This document shows positions 1 to 12,230 of a stretch of DNA of 64,000 nt, piece after piece. Below the pieces are notes generated by a model. The model searched no databases and was not told the DNA's origin. It saw nothing but the letters and a program-made list of their open reading frames with translations. The position numbers and the translations under genes are program-made. Position 1 is the first letter of the stretch. Each line of letters begins with the position of its first letter. Source of the DNA: Basidiobolus meristosporus CBS 931.73 (lineage: Eukaryota > Fungi > Basidiobolomycota); the NCBI GenBank assembly GCA_002104905.1, contig MCFE01000275.1, positions 1 through 64,000 on the forward strand. Reading direction: 5' to 3'.

Positions 1-700
1 ATACCTGCAGCCATTATGTCTGTTTGACAGCTAATAAAATCCACCAATCAGTTTTCTCCAGCTTCCATTGAAATATGGTGCTGAACATATATACTCTGAG
101 CTCTTGCATGATTGGTGGGATCCCTAGCTGATGAAATATAACTGTGGTAATTCAGGGTGGTTTATCTGAGCTAAAACTCAAGCCTGTCAAGATTTATTAT
201 AGCCATATAGTATTACTAATTGCTTGACATGCAGGAATATATACTGCCTCAATAGCTGAGAGCACCATGGCTGGTTATTTTGGATCAATTGCAAGTAAAT
301 GCTGTTCTAGCATATAGCAATCAATACCTAATGCTCAAATGTCTGTTATTTAAGTCCCTATTACAGTATGAAGCACTCTCAGCATCAAGATTTTGCCTAC
401 TAGCTGCTCTAGAGTATTTCAGAACAATAATCATGGTCATCTGCAAATATCAGAAAGAACACCTAACTGGTGTAGCTTGATCAGCTCTGTAAAATTGTGT
501 AATCTTACTTGTGTTCTCCGTTGCTATCACCATATCTAGATGTGAAGATACCATTATATACATCAGGTTACAATCATCTGCTGAAAGTGATAGTGTGATT
601 TGCTGGATCTGATGCTGCTTCTCATGGTGGCTGTGCATGCCTGCAATTTTGCATTTGGAAGCATCCATATATGGATCTTTTCATAGTCAAAGCTTGTAAA
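1..700 (-). mobile_element. Ty1/Copia RT-RNase H remnant (pseudogenised)
   Basis: Minus-strand translation gives PAMVLSAIEAVYIPACQA and NPTNHARAQSIYVQHH, which resemble Copia RNase H motifs (TVALSTTEAEY; NPxxHARTKHIDIRHH). ORF 450..668 resembles the Copia RT C-terminus. Confidence 0.7.
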
Positions 701-1455
701 GCCACTTAATAATCATATGACTTTGTTACTTAAGCCATTGCCTACAAGTCTTTTAGAATATTGGGGCTATATTTTATAGGGACTAACCTGAAATATGTTA
801 AACAAAATCTGAGGCATCCAGAACATATAATTTCTCAAAGCTCACCAAACAGCTCTGGCTTTGCACATAAGCTCTTGGGAATTTCCTAAGCATACTCATT
901 CTATTTTTACAGCCAAGAACCTGTAAAATATAAACACTACACTGATGCTTAATATCAGAGTAAGTGTGACACACTTACTCTAATTGTTCCCCCATCTCTT
1001 CCAATAGCTCTAAACACCTACACATATTCCTCAGCACACTCAATGGCCTAATAGATCCTTAATGTCAACCCATGAGAAATCATTGTGATGATATCATTTA
1101 AAGGCCTTCACAGAATTCAAGTCTCAGAGCTAAGAGCCATTGATCCCACCGGAACACTGTGTAACAACCTCTGAGGAGTAACTGCTCCCCAGATTTAGCA
1201 AAAAACTTGGTCAAAATTACTCATCCCAAAAATACATTAGTGTCTTTTAATTAGTCCCCTGTCAATTTGCACGCTTTCAGAGCCTGGATACTCAATCACA
1301 TCCTATCTCTGTGTACATTGATTGGCTATTGCCTCTTTTTTACACTTCTTGCTTTGTGTCTCAACTAATTCTTGTACTTTTCATGTATGCAAATTGATTT
1401 ATTTCCCTCAAAATTTCAGTTGAACATCAATTGTCAACTGTATTGACCTATAGAA

Positions 1456-1803
1456 TTTTATAAATATTAGTAATTCCACCTGGATATTTGCCAGACTTAG
1501 TTGCTTTGATCATTATATTCAAATCTTAGCAAATACTCATTAAGTTCCTTCTGGGGATTTACTTAAAACAGACTCTCCACAATATTGGTTAACCAAAACA
1601 TGAAAGTTCTGAAAGTTGTCTAAACACCCCCAAGCTTTGCACAGATATTCCTGGGACCTTCCTAAGCCACATTTTTATGTTTGTTATGCCAGATCAGCGT
1701 AAAAGTATAAATACTACTTTTACACTTGATAAGTCATTAAGGAAAGCCATTTAACCTGCCCATTCACTTAATCACTTCCAATATTTCCAAGACTATCATA
1801 AAA
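1456..1803 (+). repeat. Diverged LTR, family A (Copia)
   Basis: Aligns by eye to the LTRs at 41448..41798 and 50449..50780 (gggatttactt, aaaagtataaatac, aatcacttccaatat). The ends are eroded. Confidence 0.6.
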
Positions 1804-2299
1804 TTGGAGTCCATACACCCAACACTAACATTAAGCCCAATACCCCACTCACCACATAACTTACCAAACTCCACTATTGTTTATGTATTTCTATCATACC
1901 ACCCTTTCTCCATAACCTTGGCAGGAACACTGCAGCTTTATGCCACTGTTCATTCATTGGTTCCTCTATGTCCTGGTCCCTGGCTGGCACTGTAAGATAT
2001 AGCAGTTCATCTACCAGTCACTGCAAAAAGCCCTTGCAATATTCAATTGTTTTTCATGAGCACTGCTTTTGAAGTGCTGCAACCTTCTGGGATGGCAATT
2101 AATGCTCCAAAATTTCACTCTAGGCATTGCAATAGTCTTTCAAGTTCTTGACATTGTTGCTTTGTTAGTTAACCAGAAAGATCTCTGTTGATGCCCCTAT
2201 TGGGACTCATACAGTGTGGCTAAGCAGCCCTGACAACAGACAATACAAAGCTGCTCATTAGGTATACAGGAGTAGATGGCAATGGTTTGAACAAAATGC

Positions 2300-4000
2300 A
2301 ACACAGTAGAACTGAAGAGTAGACCATCACTTACAACTTTGATTGAGGGATCTTGACCTACTGATTACATCAGACCACCGGAAGAAACACTATAGGATAT
2401 ACAACTTACACCTGAGAGACTTAAGCAACTTATCATTGATGATGAAAACCTAACTCCTCAGGAGTTCTGATTATTTGAAGAAACCCTGAAAAGACATGAT
2501 AAGGTTTTTTCATATAATTACAAGGAGATGGGGCTCTTAAAGACATTGGCTGAAAAATCTATCAAGACTCATAGAGTGCCCCACACACCCTGGTCATTTA
2601 AGCCTTACCCACTGCCCAGAGGACTCCAAGTTGATGTGCATGACCTGCTCAAGAAGAAGATAGAAGCTGGAATCCTAGAACCATGCCGTGGACCTTATGC
2701 TAACAGATGGTTTGCAACCAAAAAGAAGAATGGAAACCTCCAATTCATTCAAGGCATGCAACCGCAAGTGCTGTCACTATTGGAGATGGTGCTATACCTC
2801 CATCTCTTGGTGACTTTGCAGAAAGCTTAAGTGGCCACTCCATGTACGCAACATATGATCTCTACTCAGGATATGACCAGATCCCCCTTGATGAGACATC
2901 AAGAGATATGTTTGCACTCCAGACACCATTTGGACTGTTAAGGATGACAAAACTCAGCCAAGGGGCTACAAACTCTGAGGCTCAGTTCCAGAGATGCATG
3001 CAAATATGCTGTACCAGTTAATACCTGAGAAACCTGCTGTCTTTGTTGATGACATAGGCATCAAAGGACCAAAATTTTGGGACACCACCAAAGTTATGCC
3101 TGCAGTAAGAGAGTTTGTCCATGACCATATTTCAGACAATGATGCCATATTAGGAGTCATTCAAGAAGCTGGACTCACCATTAGTGGTGAGAGAAGCAGC
3201 TTTGGTGTATCAGAGATATCCATTGTTGGACAAAAATGCAACACCTTTTGTTGTTCACCTGGAGACTCCAGGACACAAAAGATATGCAATTGGCCTACTC
3301 CCACAAATCCAACACAAGCTTGTGGCTTTTTGGCAGCTTGTGGGTTCTTTAGGATCAGGATATCAAGATTTACTGAGATAGCAGAACCAACCTGCCGGCT
3401 ACAGAGAGAGAAAACCCCATTTATCTGCAGAGAAGAACAAGAAGAAGCCTTGACATTACTAAAAGAGGTCTTAGTATCTCCACTGGTTCTAAGACCACTT
3501 GACTATCAGAACTCTGAATGCCCACCTATTTTGACAGTGGATACAAGCTTCATAAAAGCTGGAGCATTACTTGGCCAAGATGATGTAAATGGCAATCACT
3601 ATGCCTGCAGATATGAGGGCTGCCTATTCACTCCTAGAGAAAAAAGGTACTCACAGATTAGGAGAGAGCTACTAGGAGTTATGAAGATGTTGAGGAAGCT
3701 GAAGTCACAACTCTACATGACAAATTTCATCCTGGAGACAGATGCTAAGCCACTTATAGGAATGATCAACAAGCCTGACCTACATGATGATGCCACAAGC
3801 TTATGGATGGCATGGCCAAAATTTTTGACTTTGAGGTCAGACATATCCCTGCCAAGACAAATGTTATGGCTGATGCACTCTCCAGGAAGGCACCACAATA
3901 ATTTGAAGACCACTGGTAGACTGTCTTATCAAGACCTGTGAGAATAATGCAACCCTGTGGCAACAGCAATTACATCTTGCACTCTGAGCAGATAGAATTA
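2300..4000 (+). mobile_element. Ty3/Gypsy pol remnant (RT + RNase H), frameshifted
   Basis: ORFs 2528..2830, 2707..3021 and 2994..3941 contain PYANRWF..KKKNG, DLYSGYDQI, QGATNS, VFVDDIGIKG, LTVDTS and ETDAKPL. Confidence 0.85.
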
Positions 4001-4029
4001 CTACCAAGAGAACAACTGGATTATTGCCA

Positions 4030-5060
4030 TTTAATTGATATCTGGAAGCTTCTGGAATACCATGATTAGTAATCACTTGGTCAGTGAGAAAAGTATACAA
4101 GGGAGGCAATCCCTCAACAATAAATCATCATCACTTTTATCAATATACCAACTTATTGATTAGTGTGATCACTGCTACCTGCTGCTACCTGAACTTCCAA
4201 CCCCAGACCACAGGACACTCCCAGAAGCCATGCTTACAGCCAATTGACCTTGGAGGCATTACATGTGAAGAATACTCCAAGTAAGTATCTTTTATTATTT
4301 TTAATTCTTTCCCAAGTTTGTTCTTGTACAGGCAAAGATACTTCTCTGTCTTTGTAACTATTGACAACAGCTGCATTCTTATCAAATCCCTGCTGTTGGA
4401 GTTTACATTTGTTTTGACTTTGGAAGCTTTGGTACATTGTCATCTCAAAAGATGCTGAACACAGCACATACTTTTGTTAATATGCAAACTAAGTTGGGGA
4501 TTGTAACCCAATAGTTTTCCCTTGACAAGCTTGTGGCTTTATTCCCCACTACATCAGATTAGAGACAGTACCCAAGTATTCCTAGCAAGCTTTTGCTAGA
4601 GGTTATTGCTGTTGAAATATTGGACTATTTGGTATCATTCAGCAGCCAAAGATTCATTTAACAATTCTGGACTAGTCTTTGTCACTGTGGGACTAATTTA
4701 CAGCTCTAACTTTGCCACTTTCTTCAGATCTATGATCTAACAATTATTCCCTTATAGTCGGGATCAAATTAGCACTATTACTTAACATTGTGTACTAACC
4801 CTGAAACTGTTGCAGAATGCTCCTGAATATTGGGAAACCCTTTGTACTTAGTGTTACAGCTGTATTACCTCTACAAAGGTATAAATACTGAGCTTCTTTA
4901 CTAATAAACAACAGTTCAACTATTATCACTATTTCATGATAAATTCCTTATATCCAAATCACTTTTTAAATTGCAACAATTGCACCCAGTGAACACCCCA
5001 CTCACAAAACACTTGAGAAGTGTTGGACATATCTCTCCCTTGGACCTATACACCACCACA
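4030..5060 (+). repeat. LTR family C, 5'-truncated copy interrupted by a solo LTR B
   Basis: Colinear with about 25660..26315 once 4610..4978 and one TSD copy are removed; ends in ccaccaca. Confidence 0.85.
4610..4978 (+). repeat. Solo LTR family B (Copia), 369 bp, 5-bp TSD ATTGC
   Basis: TGTTG...CAACA ends; ATTGC at 4605-4609 and 4979-4983; matches the LTR at 23310..23678. Confidence 0.95.
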
Positions 5061-5151
5061 GTGGCATGTAATTGCAGCAAATTTTGCAAGCTATAAGTCA
5101 CTGGCTGGAATGTGGAACTAATTGGAAACCAGAGTTACTAAAGACTGCAAG

Positions 5152-5520
5152 TGTTACAGGTATTGGTGTATGAGTTGTAGAGGAATAGGAAGTTTAGCTA
5201 GTATTGTATTCACTAAAATTTGAACTGATCTTTATTGAGATTCCAGCAGCTCCTTATATACATTTTGCCAGATAAATTGCTGACTAATTGTATTTCCTAA
5301 TTTAGGCTGTGGCTGATTACTCATTTGATTGCATCATCATCACCTAATAAGATCCTACCTAATATATCTATTTCTGTCTGATAAGGATCTGCAGATTTAT
5401 TTGCTGACTAATGTTACTGATTTGATAGATAATACTGATATACTGATAACCTAAACAACTAACTAGTTGATTTGACTAAAAACTGATCTAACTTAAATAT
5501 TCAAACAGTAGATGATAACA
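5152..5520 (-). repeat. LTR family E (3' LTR of minus-strand element)
   Basis: tgttacagg...gataaca; homologous to 15399..15767, 29841..30209 and 33753..34121. Confidence 0.9.
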
Positions 5521-6328
5521 TTCTCCCTTGCTAAAGCTGAGAGGGTTTTCCTGAATCTCATTTCTTGTGATACAATAACTTGATGGTTCAGTATTATCAG
5601 CAAGTCTTGCAAGCTTATGTCTGTCCCTATGCACTAAGACTTCCCAGATATTGCCTTGTTTGTCCACTAGTTGGTAAGTTGCAACTGGACATTCTCTGAT
5701 GATCTTGAATGGTCCTGTCCATTGTGGCTCAAACTTCTACTGAGTGTTGTTTCTTAGCAATACAAAGTTCTTAACTGTCAATGCTTCTGGTGCTACAGTC
5801 TTATCAAATCTCTGCTTCATCTTTTCTGAACTTTGAGATACTTTGGTCTGTGCCTCTTGATGTCTTTGTTCCAGTTGCAGGTGTCTACTTGGCTGACTGA
5901 GTTCATCTTCTAAGGTCTCTGTAAGCTTGGGTTGTATGAGATTTCCTGGAATCCTTGGTTCATATCCATACACTTAGTAAAATGGCAATTGCTGGGTGGT
6001 GTTTTGTACTCTGACTCTGCATGCAAAGAGTGCTTGGTCTATATACTCATCCCATCTACTGGCAATTCCATTTGCATACTTGGTCAGCATATTTTCAAAT
6101 AATCCATTAAACTGTTCAGTGACTCCATTAGTTCTGGGGTGATATGCCAAGGTTTTCAAGTGTTTGATCTGCTGCATTTCCAGGTAAGCTTCCAATGTCT
6201 TGGCTATAAAGTTTGCACCTCTATCAAACAGAATCTCTACAGGGCATCCAAACTTCATAAAGATTTCATGGTAGATGAAACTTGCAACTACTTGTTCACT
6301 GGCTATAGGTACAGCTTTAGCCACTGGC

Positions 6329-6849
6329 TGTCATGATCACATGACAACCATGAACACCCATGCCAAGTTTCAGCTTCCTAGCTCAATTTCTAAGAGATTC
6401 CTTCTGGAACTTTCTACCACCTTCCAGAGAGTTCCTGACCATTCCAATCCATTGCTACGCAATGGAACATTCCTTGGAAGCTTCCCATTGTATTTTACAT
6501 AGAGCAGTACCATATATGGAAATGCCAGGTCACATGTCTTTGTCACATGATCAGGTGACCCAACCCATTTCCCCATCTGGTTTCAGTGCCGTGTCATGTA
6601 TGTCATTATCCCCAGCACAATTGCTGTGCCTCACCCCACAACCCCATTAGTATTAGCCAATATCTCTTGGCATCAGTATAGCCAAAAAGTATATATAGTC
6701 CTATCCCCCCTTAAGTATTCCTCACTCTGATAAACACAGGTCTTGAAGTAACAGCCTTGACTTGAATCCTGCCTTGCCTTCATGGTCCACACCTAAGTCC
6801 CTTCCTGCTGTGCCTAGCTTTTCCTCCTGCCTTGTTTCTATTCATAACA
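6329..6849 (+). repeat. 5' LTR of element D
   Basis: Direct repeat of 11710..12230, TG...CA ends, TATA-like gtatatatag at about 6689. Confidence 0.97.
6402..6414. promoter_or_regulatory. Canonical 3-unit heat-shock element TTCtgGAActTTC in U3 of LTR D (also 11783..11795)
   Basis: Matches the nTTCnnGAAnnTTCn consensus, with further partial nGAAn inverted units nearby. Confidence 0.55.
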
Positions 6850-6851
6850 GT

Positions 6852-6862
6852 TTTATCAGACT
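6852..6862 (+). promoter_or_regulatory. Self-priming PBS (Tf1-type), tttatcagact
   Basis: Its reverse complement agtctgataaa occurs in the LTR about 30 nt downstream of the TATA (exact at 12105-12115, 10/11 at 6724-6734). Confidence 0.75.
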
Positions 6863-7255
6863 CTCCTGACTTATCTTTGGATCCCTGCCTTCTGCCCAAA
6901 GTTTTAAGAAAACTTGTAAAAGGAATACTCACCATAGGTATCACCCATCATCTTTCCCTAGTCTTGTCCTATAAAGGCAAAGATACTTTATCTTTGTAAA
7001 ACTATTGGTCACAGCTGCATGCACTTTATTACCCTGCTGGTGGAGTTTACAGTTGTTACAGTATTGGAAGCTTTAGTACAATACTCTATCAAAGGACGTC
7101 AAAACCAGTACCTTCTGAAGTGATGCTAACTTATTTAAGTTGGACATTGTGGCTCAATAGTTGTATTCTTGACATACTAGTGGCTTTACAAACCCACAAT
7201 CTAGTTGAGTATATTCCAGTATTCCTTGCAAGTTCATCCACCTTCCTCTGCTACC

Positions 7256-8188
7256 ATGTTGAACCCAGAGATGAACTTTGCCCAGCTCATGGCTGCCTTT
7301 ACCCAACTGCAGCAAGACCATGCAGACCTCAGAAACACTCTTGCTCAGTTCCAGAACCAAAGTGTCCAGCATACTAGCTATGTCCCAGTCTACCAAGAAC
7401 CCAAGTATACTCCAGCTACCAAGTTCAACAGCTCTCAGAATGAATTCCGTGGCTTCATCAACATGGTGAAGAGCAATCTTGCACTCCAGCCCAACCAGTA
7501 CCCCACTGACCAGGCCAAAGTTGGTTTCATCTCCAACCTGCTTACTGGTACAGCTCTCAAGTGGTTCTCCCCATTAGTGGAGACCAACTCTCCCCAACTC
7601 AGAGACTACTAAGCCTTTCTCACTGAAATGAAGCTAACATTTGGTAACCTTGACTAAGCCAGAACTGCTGCTAACAAGATCAAGACCCTCAAACAAGGGA
7701 ACAAACCAGCATCAGTCCATGCCTCAGAGTTCCAACAACTCTCCAGTGACCTCAGCTCCTGGGGTCAAGCAGCCTTGATTAGCCAATTCCAAGATGGCCT
7801 CAATGATGAAGTTTGTGATCTGCTACTCACACTCCCAGATCTAGATACATTGGTTGAAGCTATGCACCAAGTAATCCTGTGTGATAACAGACTATTCCAG
7901 AAGAAGCAAAAGAGCCATCAAAGACACATTCCTGTTGCAGTCCCAGCCTCTCCAGCTCCCCAAGTCACTCCAAAAAATCCTATGCAGATTGATAGTGCCA
8001 AATACAAGAAACTATCAAAGAGTGAAAAGTCCAGATGTCAACAAGCCAACCTCTGTCTATACTGTTGCCAACCAGGTCACTTTGCCAAGTCCTGCCCCAA
8101 CATGAAGTCCAGCTTCAAGCTGATGCAGTCCTTCAGTAACCAAGCTAATTCAGATCTGTTGGGAAACCCCAATGTCCAGTTGCACTGA
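7256..8188 (+). pseudogene. gag: gag of element D (capsid + CCHC knuckle), interrupted by stops/frameshift
   Basis: ORFs 7205..7612 and 7775..8188; PMQIDS and CX2CX4HX4C motifs. Confidence 0.9.
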
Positions 8189-8205
8189 CAGGCTTGCAAC
8201 TGGAC
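8161..8205 (+). promoter_or_regulatory. -1 programmed ribosomal frameshift signal: G GGA AAC, 6-nt spacer, 11-bp hairpin
   Basis: The heptamer is in the gag frame; the pol frame is -1 and open from 8149. Stem gtccagttgca (8174-8184) pairs with tgcaactggac (8195-8205). Confidence 0.8.
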
Positions 8206-11200
8206 CCACTCATGAAAATGCAGTATATCCAAGAATCTTCCTTTGCCACAAAATCTATCCAGTCCTTCAGAATGCCTGCCAATATCCAGATCCCTGACTA
8301 CAGTCCTGTCCCAGTCCAAGCCCTGATTGATTCTGGTGCTTCATCCTGTTTCATTGACCAAGCATTTGTCCAGAAGCACTCTATTCCTGTTACCTTGAAA
8401 TCCTGTCCAGTCCAAGTAGAAGTTATTGATGGAAGATCACTCTCCTCTGGTGCCATTACCCATGAAACATGCTTACTTCAGCTGTCCAGTACTGCTCACA
8501 AAGAAAGAATTGCCTTCAGCATCATCAACTCACCACACTATCCTATTGTGCTTGGAAGCTCATGGCTGAGCTACCACAATCCAAGTATTGATTGGAATTC
8601 CAAGATCCTGTCATTCACCAGATCCCACTAAGTCAACTCCATGAAATCTCCAGACCCTGATAACCGTGAAAAGACTGTTGCCAACAGTTCAACAGCCCAA
8701 GATACCTTGCCAGCTGAAAGAGCCTCCTCAGCAAACATACCAGCCAAGTACCAAGAGTTTGCCCATGTCTTTGACAAGAAGAAAGCAGAACTCCTCCCTG
8801 GCCATTGGCCTTATGACTGCCCTATTGACCTTGAAGATGGAAAAGTCCCTCCATTTGGCCCAATATATAACCTCTCCCAGCCAGAGTTGAACAAACTCCA
8901 TGGTTATATTGATGAAAACCTCCAGAAGGATTTTATTCAGCACTCCAAATCACCTGCTGGAGCCCCAATCTTCTTTGTCAAGAAGAAGGATGGCACCCTC
9001 AGAATGTGTGTGGACTACTGTGCTTTGAATAAGATCACAGTCAAGAACCGCTACCCCCTGCCTCTGATCAACACACTGTTGGATCAGCTGTCTGCTGCCC
9101 AAGTCTTCACCAAGATTGACTTGAGAGGAGCTTACAATCTTGTCAGAATCAAGCCCAGTGATGAATGGAAAACTGCCTTTTGCACAAGATATTGTTACTT
9201 TGAGTACAAAGCTATGCCATTTGGCCTTACCAATGCCCCTGCTGTGTTTCAACACCTCATGAATGACATCTTGTGTGAATACCTTGACCAGTTTGTGATA
9301 ATCTACCTTGATGATATTCTCATATACTCCAAGAGCCAAGATGATCATGATGAACATGTCAAGAAAGTATTGAGAAAACTAGACTCTGCCAGTCTCTATG
9401 CCAACCTAGAGAAGTGTGAATTTGACCAGAGAGAAGTGGAATTTCTTGGTTACCTCATCAGCCCTGAGGGGACAAAAATGGACCCAAAGAAAGTTGACTC
9501 AGTCCAATCCTGAAAAACTCCAAGCTCAGTCAAGGAAGTACAATCCTTCCTGGGATTTGCCAACTTCTATTGCAGGTTCATAGCCAACTACTCCAAGATA
9601 GTCACCCCTCTGACAAAGATTACCCTGAAGAACACACCTTTTGGCTGGAATGAGGAGCAATCCAGCTCATTCAACCAACTCAAGAAATCTTTCCTGAAGG
9701 CCCCTCTGCTTGCCCACCCTGACCTTGAGAAGTAATTCATAGTGGAGACTGATACTTCTGATTTTGCCCTTGGTGCCATACTCTTGCAGTATGGTAAGGA
9801 CAATGTGTTGCACCCCATTGCATTCTACTCTCGGAAGTTTTCCCCTGCAGAGATCAACTATGATATCTATGATAAGGAGTTGCTTGCCATCATTGTAGCC
9901 TTTGAGCAATGGAGACACTACCTGGATGGTGCAAAACACAAAATCAAAGTTTTCTGTGACCATAGGAACCTTGAGTACTTTGCAAATTCCAAAGTACTAA
10001 ACCAGAGACAAGCCAGATGGTCACTCTTCCTGTCCAGCTTTGACTTTACTATCACCTATAGACCTAGTGCAAAGCAAGGAAAGCCTGATGCCCTGTCCAG
10101 AAAAAAGAAATATGCCCTGGAAGAGGGAGATAATGCCTGTTGGCAAATGGAACACCCATTGCTGAGCAAGAAACATTTTGAGATTCTTGCCACCCAGTCC
10201 TCAAGTCTTGTCATCCCTTCATTCCTAGTAAGGATATCAGAATCCCAAGCCTCTAATATGACTTCCAGTACCATCAAGAAATATCTGGAATCCCCAGTTG
10301 GGCCCCCTCCCAAGTTCCCAAACATCCAGAACCTGCATTTGGTAAACAACCTCATCTACCACAAGCAGCAGCTTTATGTCCCAGACCTTGCCACCCAGCT
10401 GGATATTATTAAGTCTTGGCATGATTCAATGGCTGCAGGCCACTTTGGCACTGCCAAAACCTTGAATGCTATCAAAAGAGATTTCTGGTGGCCTAGAATG
10501 TTAACTCTTATCAAAGAGTACATTCTGACTTGTGATATTTGCAACCATGCAAAACTAGCCAGACACCAGCCCTATGGACTTCTTCAGCCCTTGCCTATCC
10601 CAGAACACCAATGGAGATCTATATCTATGGACTTCATGACTGACCTCCCTGAGTCATGTGGCTTCAATGCTATACTTCAAGTGGCTGACTTGCTGACCAA
10701 GATGGCTCACTTTATCCCTTGCTGTAAGAACACTGATGCAAAAGAAACCGCTACGTTAGTCCTCAAGATTATTTTCCGCCTTCATGGTATCCCCAGTGAT
10801 ATTGTGTCAGATAGAGGCCCACAGTTTGTGTCCAAGTTTTGGAAACACTTCATGCAATACCTTAGTGTTCAAGTCAAACTCTCCACTGCCTTCCATCCTC
10901 AATCTGATGGCCAGACTGAAAGAATCAACCAGATTCTAGAGCAATACCTCCGGTGCTATATCAATTACCAGCAAGACAATTGGGTTGATCTACTACCAGT
11001 TGCTGAGTTTGCCTACAACAACTCAAGCCATAATGCAACCAGTTTCACACCATTCTATGCAAACCATGGATTCCACCCTCAGTTTGATATCCAGATACCA
11101 ACAAACCTAATGAGCCCACATGCTGCTGAACATGCCCAAGCAATCCAGGACATCCAGAATACCCTCAAGGAAGAGCTGTCCTTAGCTCAGGAAAGCTACA

Positions 11201-11676
11201 AGAAATTTGCCAATCTAAAATGGCATCCTAGCCCTGATCTTAATGAAGGAGATTCTGTATAGTTACTCAGAAGAAACATCAGCACCAACCGCCCTTGTGA
11301 CAAATTGGATTTCAAGAAACTTGGTCCTTTCAAGATCAAGAAGATGCTTAGCCCTATAGTATATCCGCTACAGTTACCAGCAAGTATGAAAATCCATGAT
11401 ACTTTCCATGTGTCCCTCCTGGCGCTGCATTGTAAGAACACCTTGCCAAACCAGCAATAAGCAATGCCCCAAGCCATCCAGGTTGATCAACATCAAGAAT
11501 TTGAAGTTAAACAGATTCCAGACTCCAAGTATATCCGGTCAAAGCTGTACTACTTAGTAGACTGGATTGGTTATGGTCCAAGTGACCAAACATGGGAACC
11601 AGCTACCCATCTCATTAATTGTCAAGAACTAGTTACCCAGTTCAACCAGCAATATCCTGCAAAGCCTGCCCCATAG
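8161..11676 (+). pseudogene. pol: pol of element D (PR-RT-RH-INT-chromodomain) with several premature stops
   Basis: ORFs 8194..8631, 8641..9513, 9742..11262 and 11464..11676 (EFEVKQI...YLVDWIGYGPSDQTWEP). Confidence 0.92.
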
Positions 11677-11709
11677 GGAAACAGAGCTTTGCCTGGAAGA
11701 GGAGAATAG

Positions 11710-12230
11710 TGTCATGATCACATGACAACCATGAACACCCATGCCAAGTTTCAGCTTCCTAGCTCAATTTCTAAGAGATTCCTTCTGGAACTTTCTACCA
11801 CCTTCCAGAAAGCTCCTGACCATTCCAATCCATTGTTACACAATGGAACATTCCATGGAAGCTTCCCATTGTATTTTTCATAGTACAGTACCATATATGG
11901 AAATGCCAGGTCACATGTCTTTGTCATATGATCAGGTGACCCAACCTATTTCCCCATCTGGTTTCAGTGCCGTGTCATGTATGTCATTATCCCCAGCACA
12001 ATTGCTGTGCCTCACCCCACAACCCCATTAGTATTAGCCAATATCTCTTGGCATCAGTATAGCCAATAAGTATATATAGTCCTATCCCCCCTTAAATATT
12101 CCTCAGTCTGATAAACACAGGTCTTGAAGTAACAGCCTTGACTTGAATCCTGCCTTGCCTTCATGGTCCACACCTAATTCCCTTCCTGCCCTGCCTAGCT
12201 TTTCCTCTTGCCTTGTGTCTATTCATAACA
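11710..12230 (+). repeat. 3' LTR of element D
   Basis: Follows PPT ggaagaggagaatag; followed by TSD CTGGC. Confidence 0.97.

Larger units (their letters stand above)
6329..12230 (+). mobile_element. Full-length chromodomain Ty3/Gypsy LTR retrotransposon (chromovirus, family D), 5-bp TSD CTGGC
   Basis: 521-bp LTRs at 6329..6849 and 11710..12230 (about 18 substitutions by manual count). TSD CTGGC at 6324-6328 and 12231-12235. PPT at 11695-11709. Gag zinc knuckle CLYCCQPGHFAKSC, protease ALIDSGAS, RT YLDD, RNase H, integrase and chromodomain are all present. Confidence 0.97.

Noticed and set aside
700-1250. Possible DNA-transposon (DDE) coding remnant on the minus strand
   Set aside because: All frames are broken and no convincing catalytic motif could be read.
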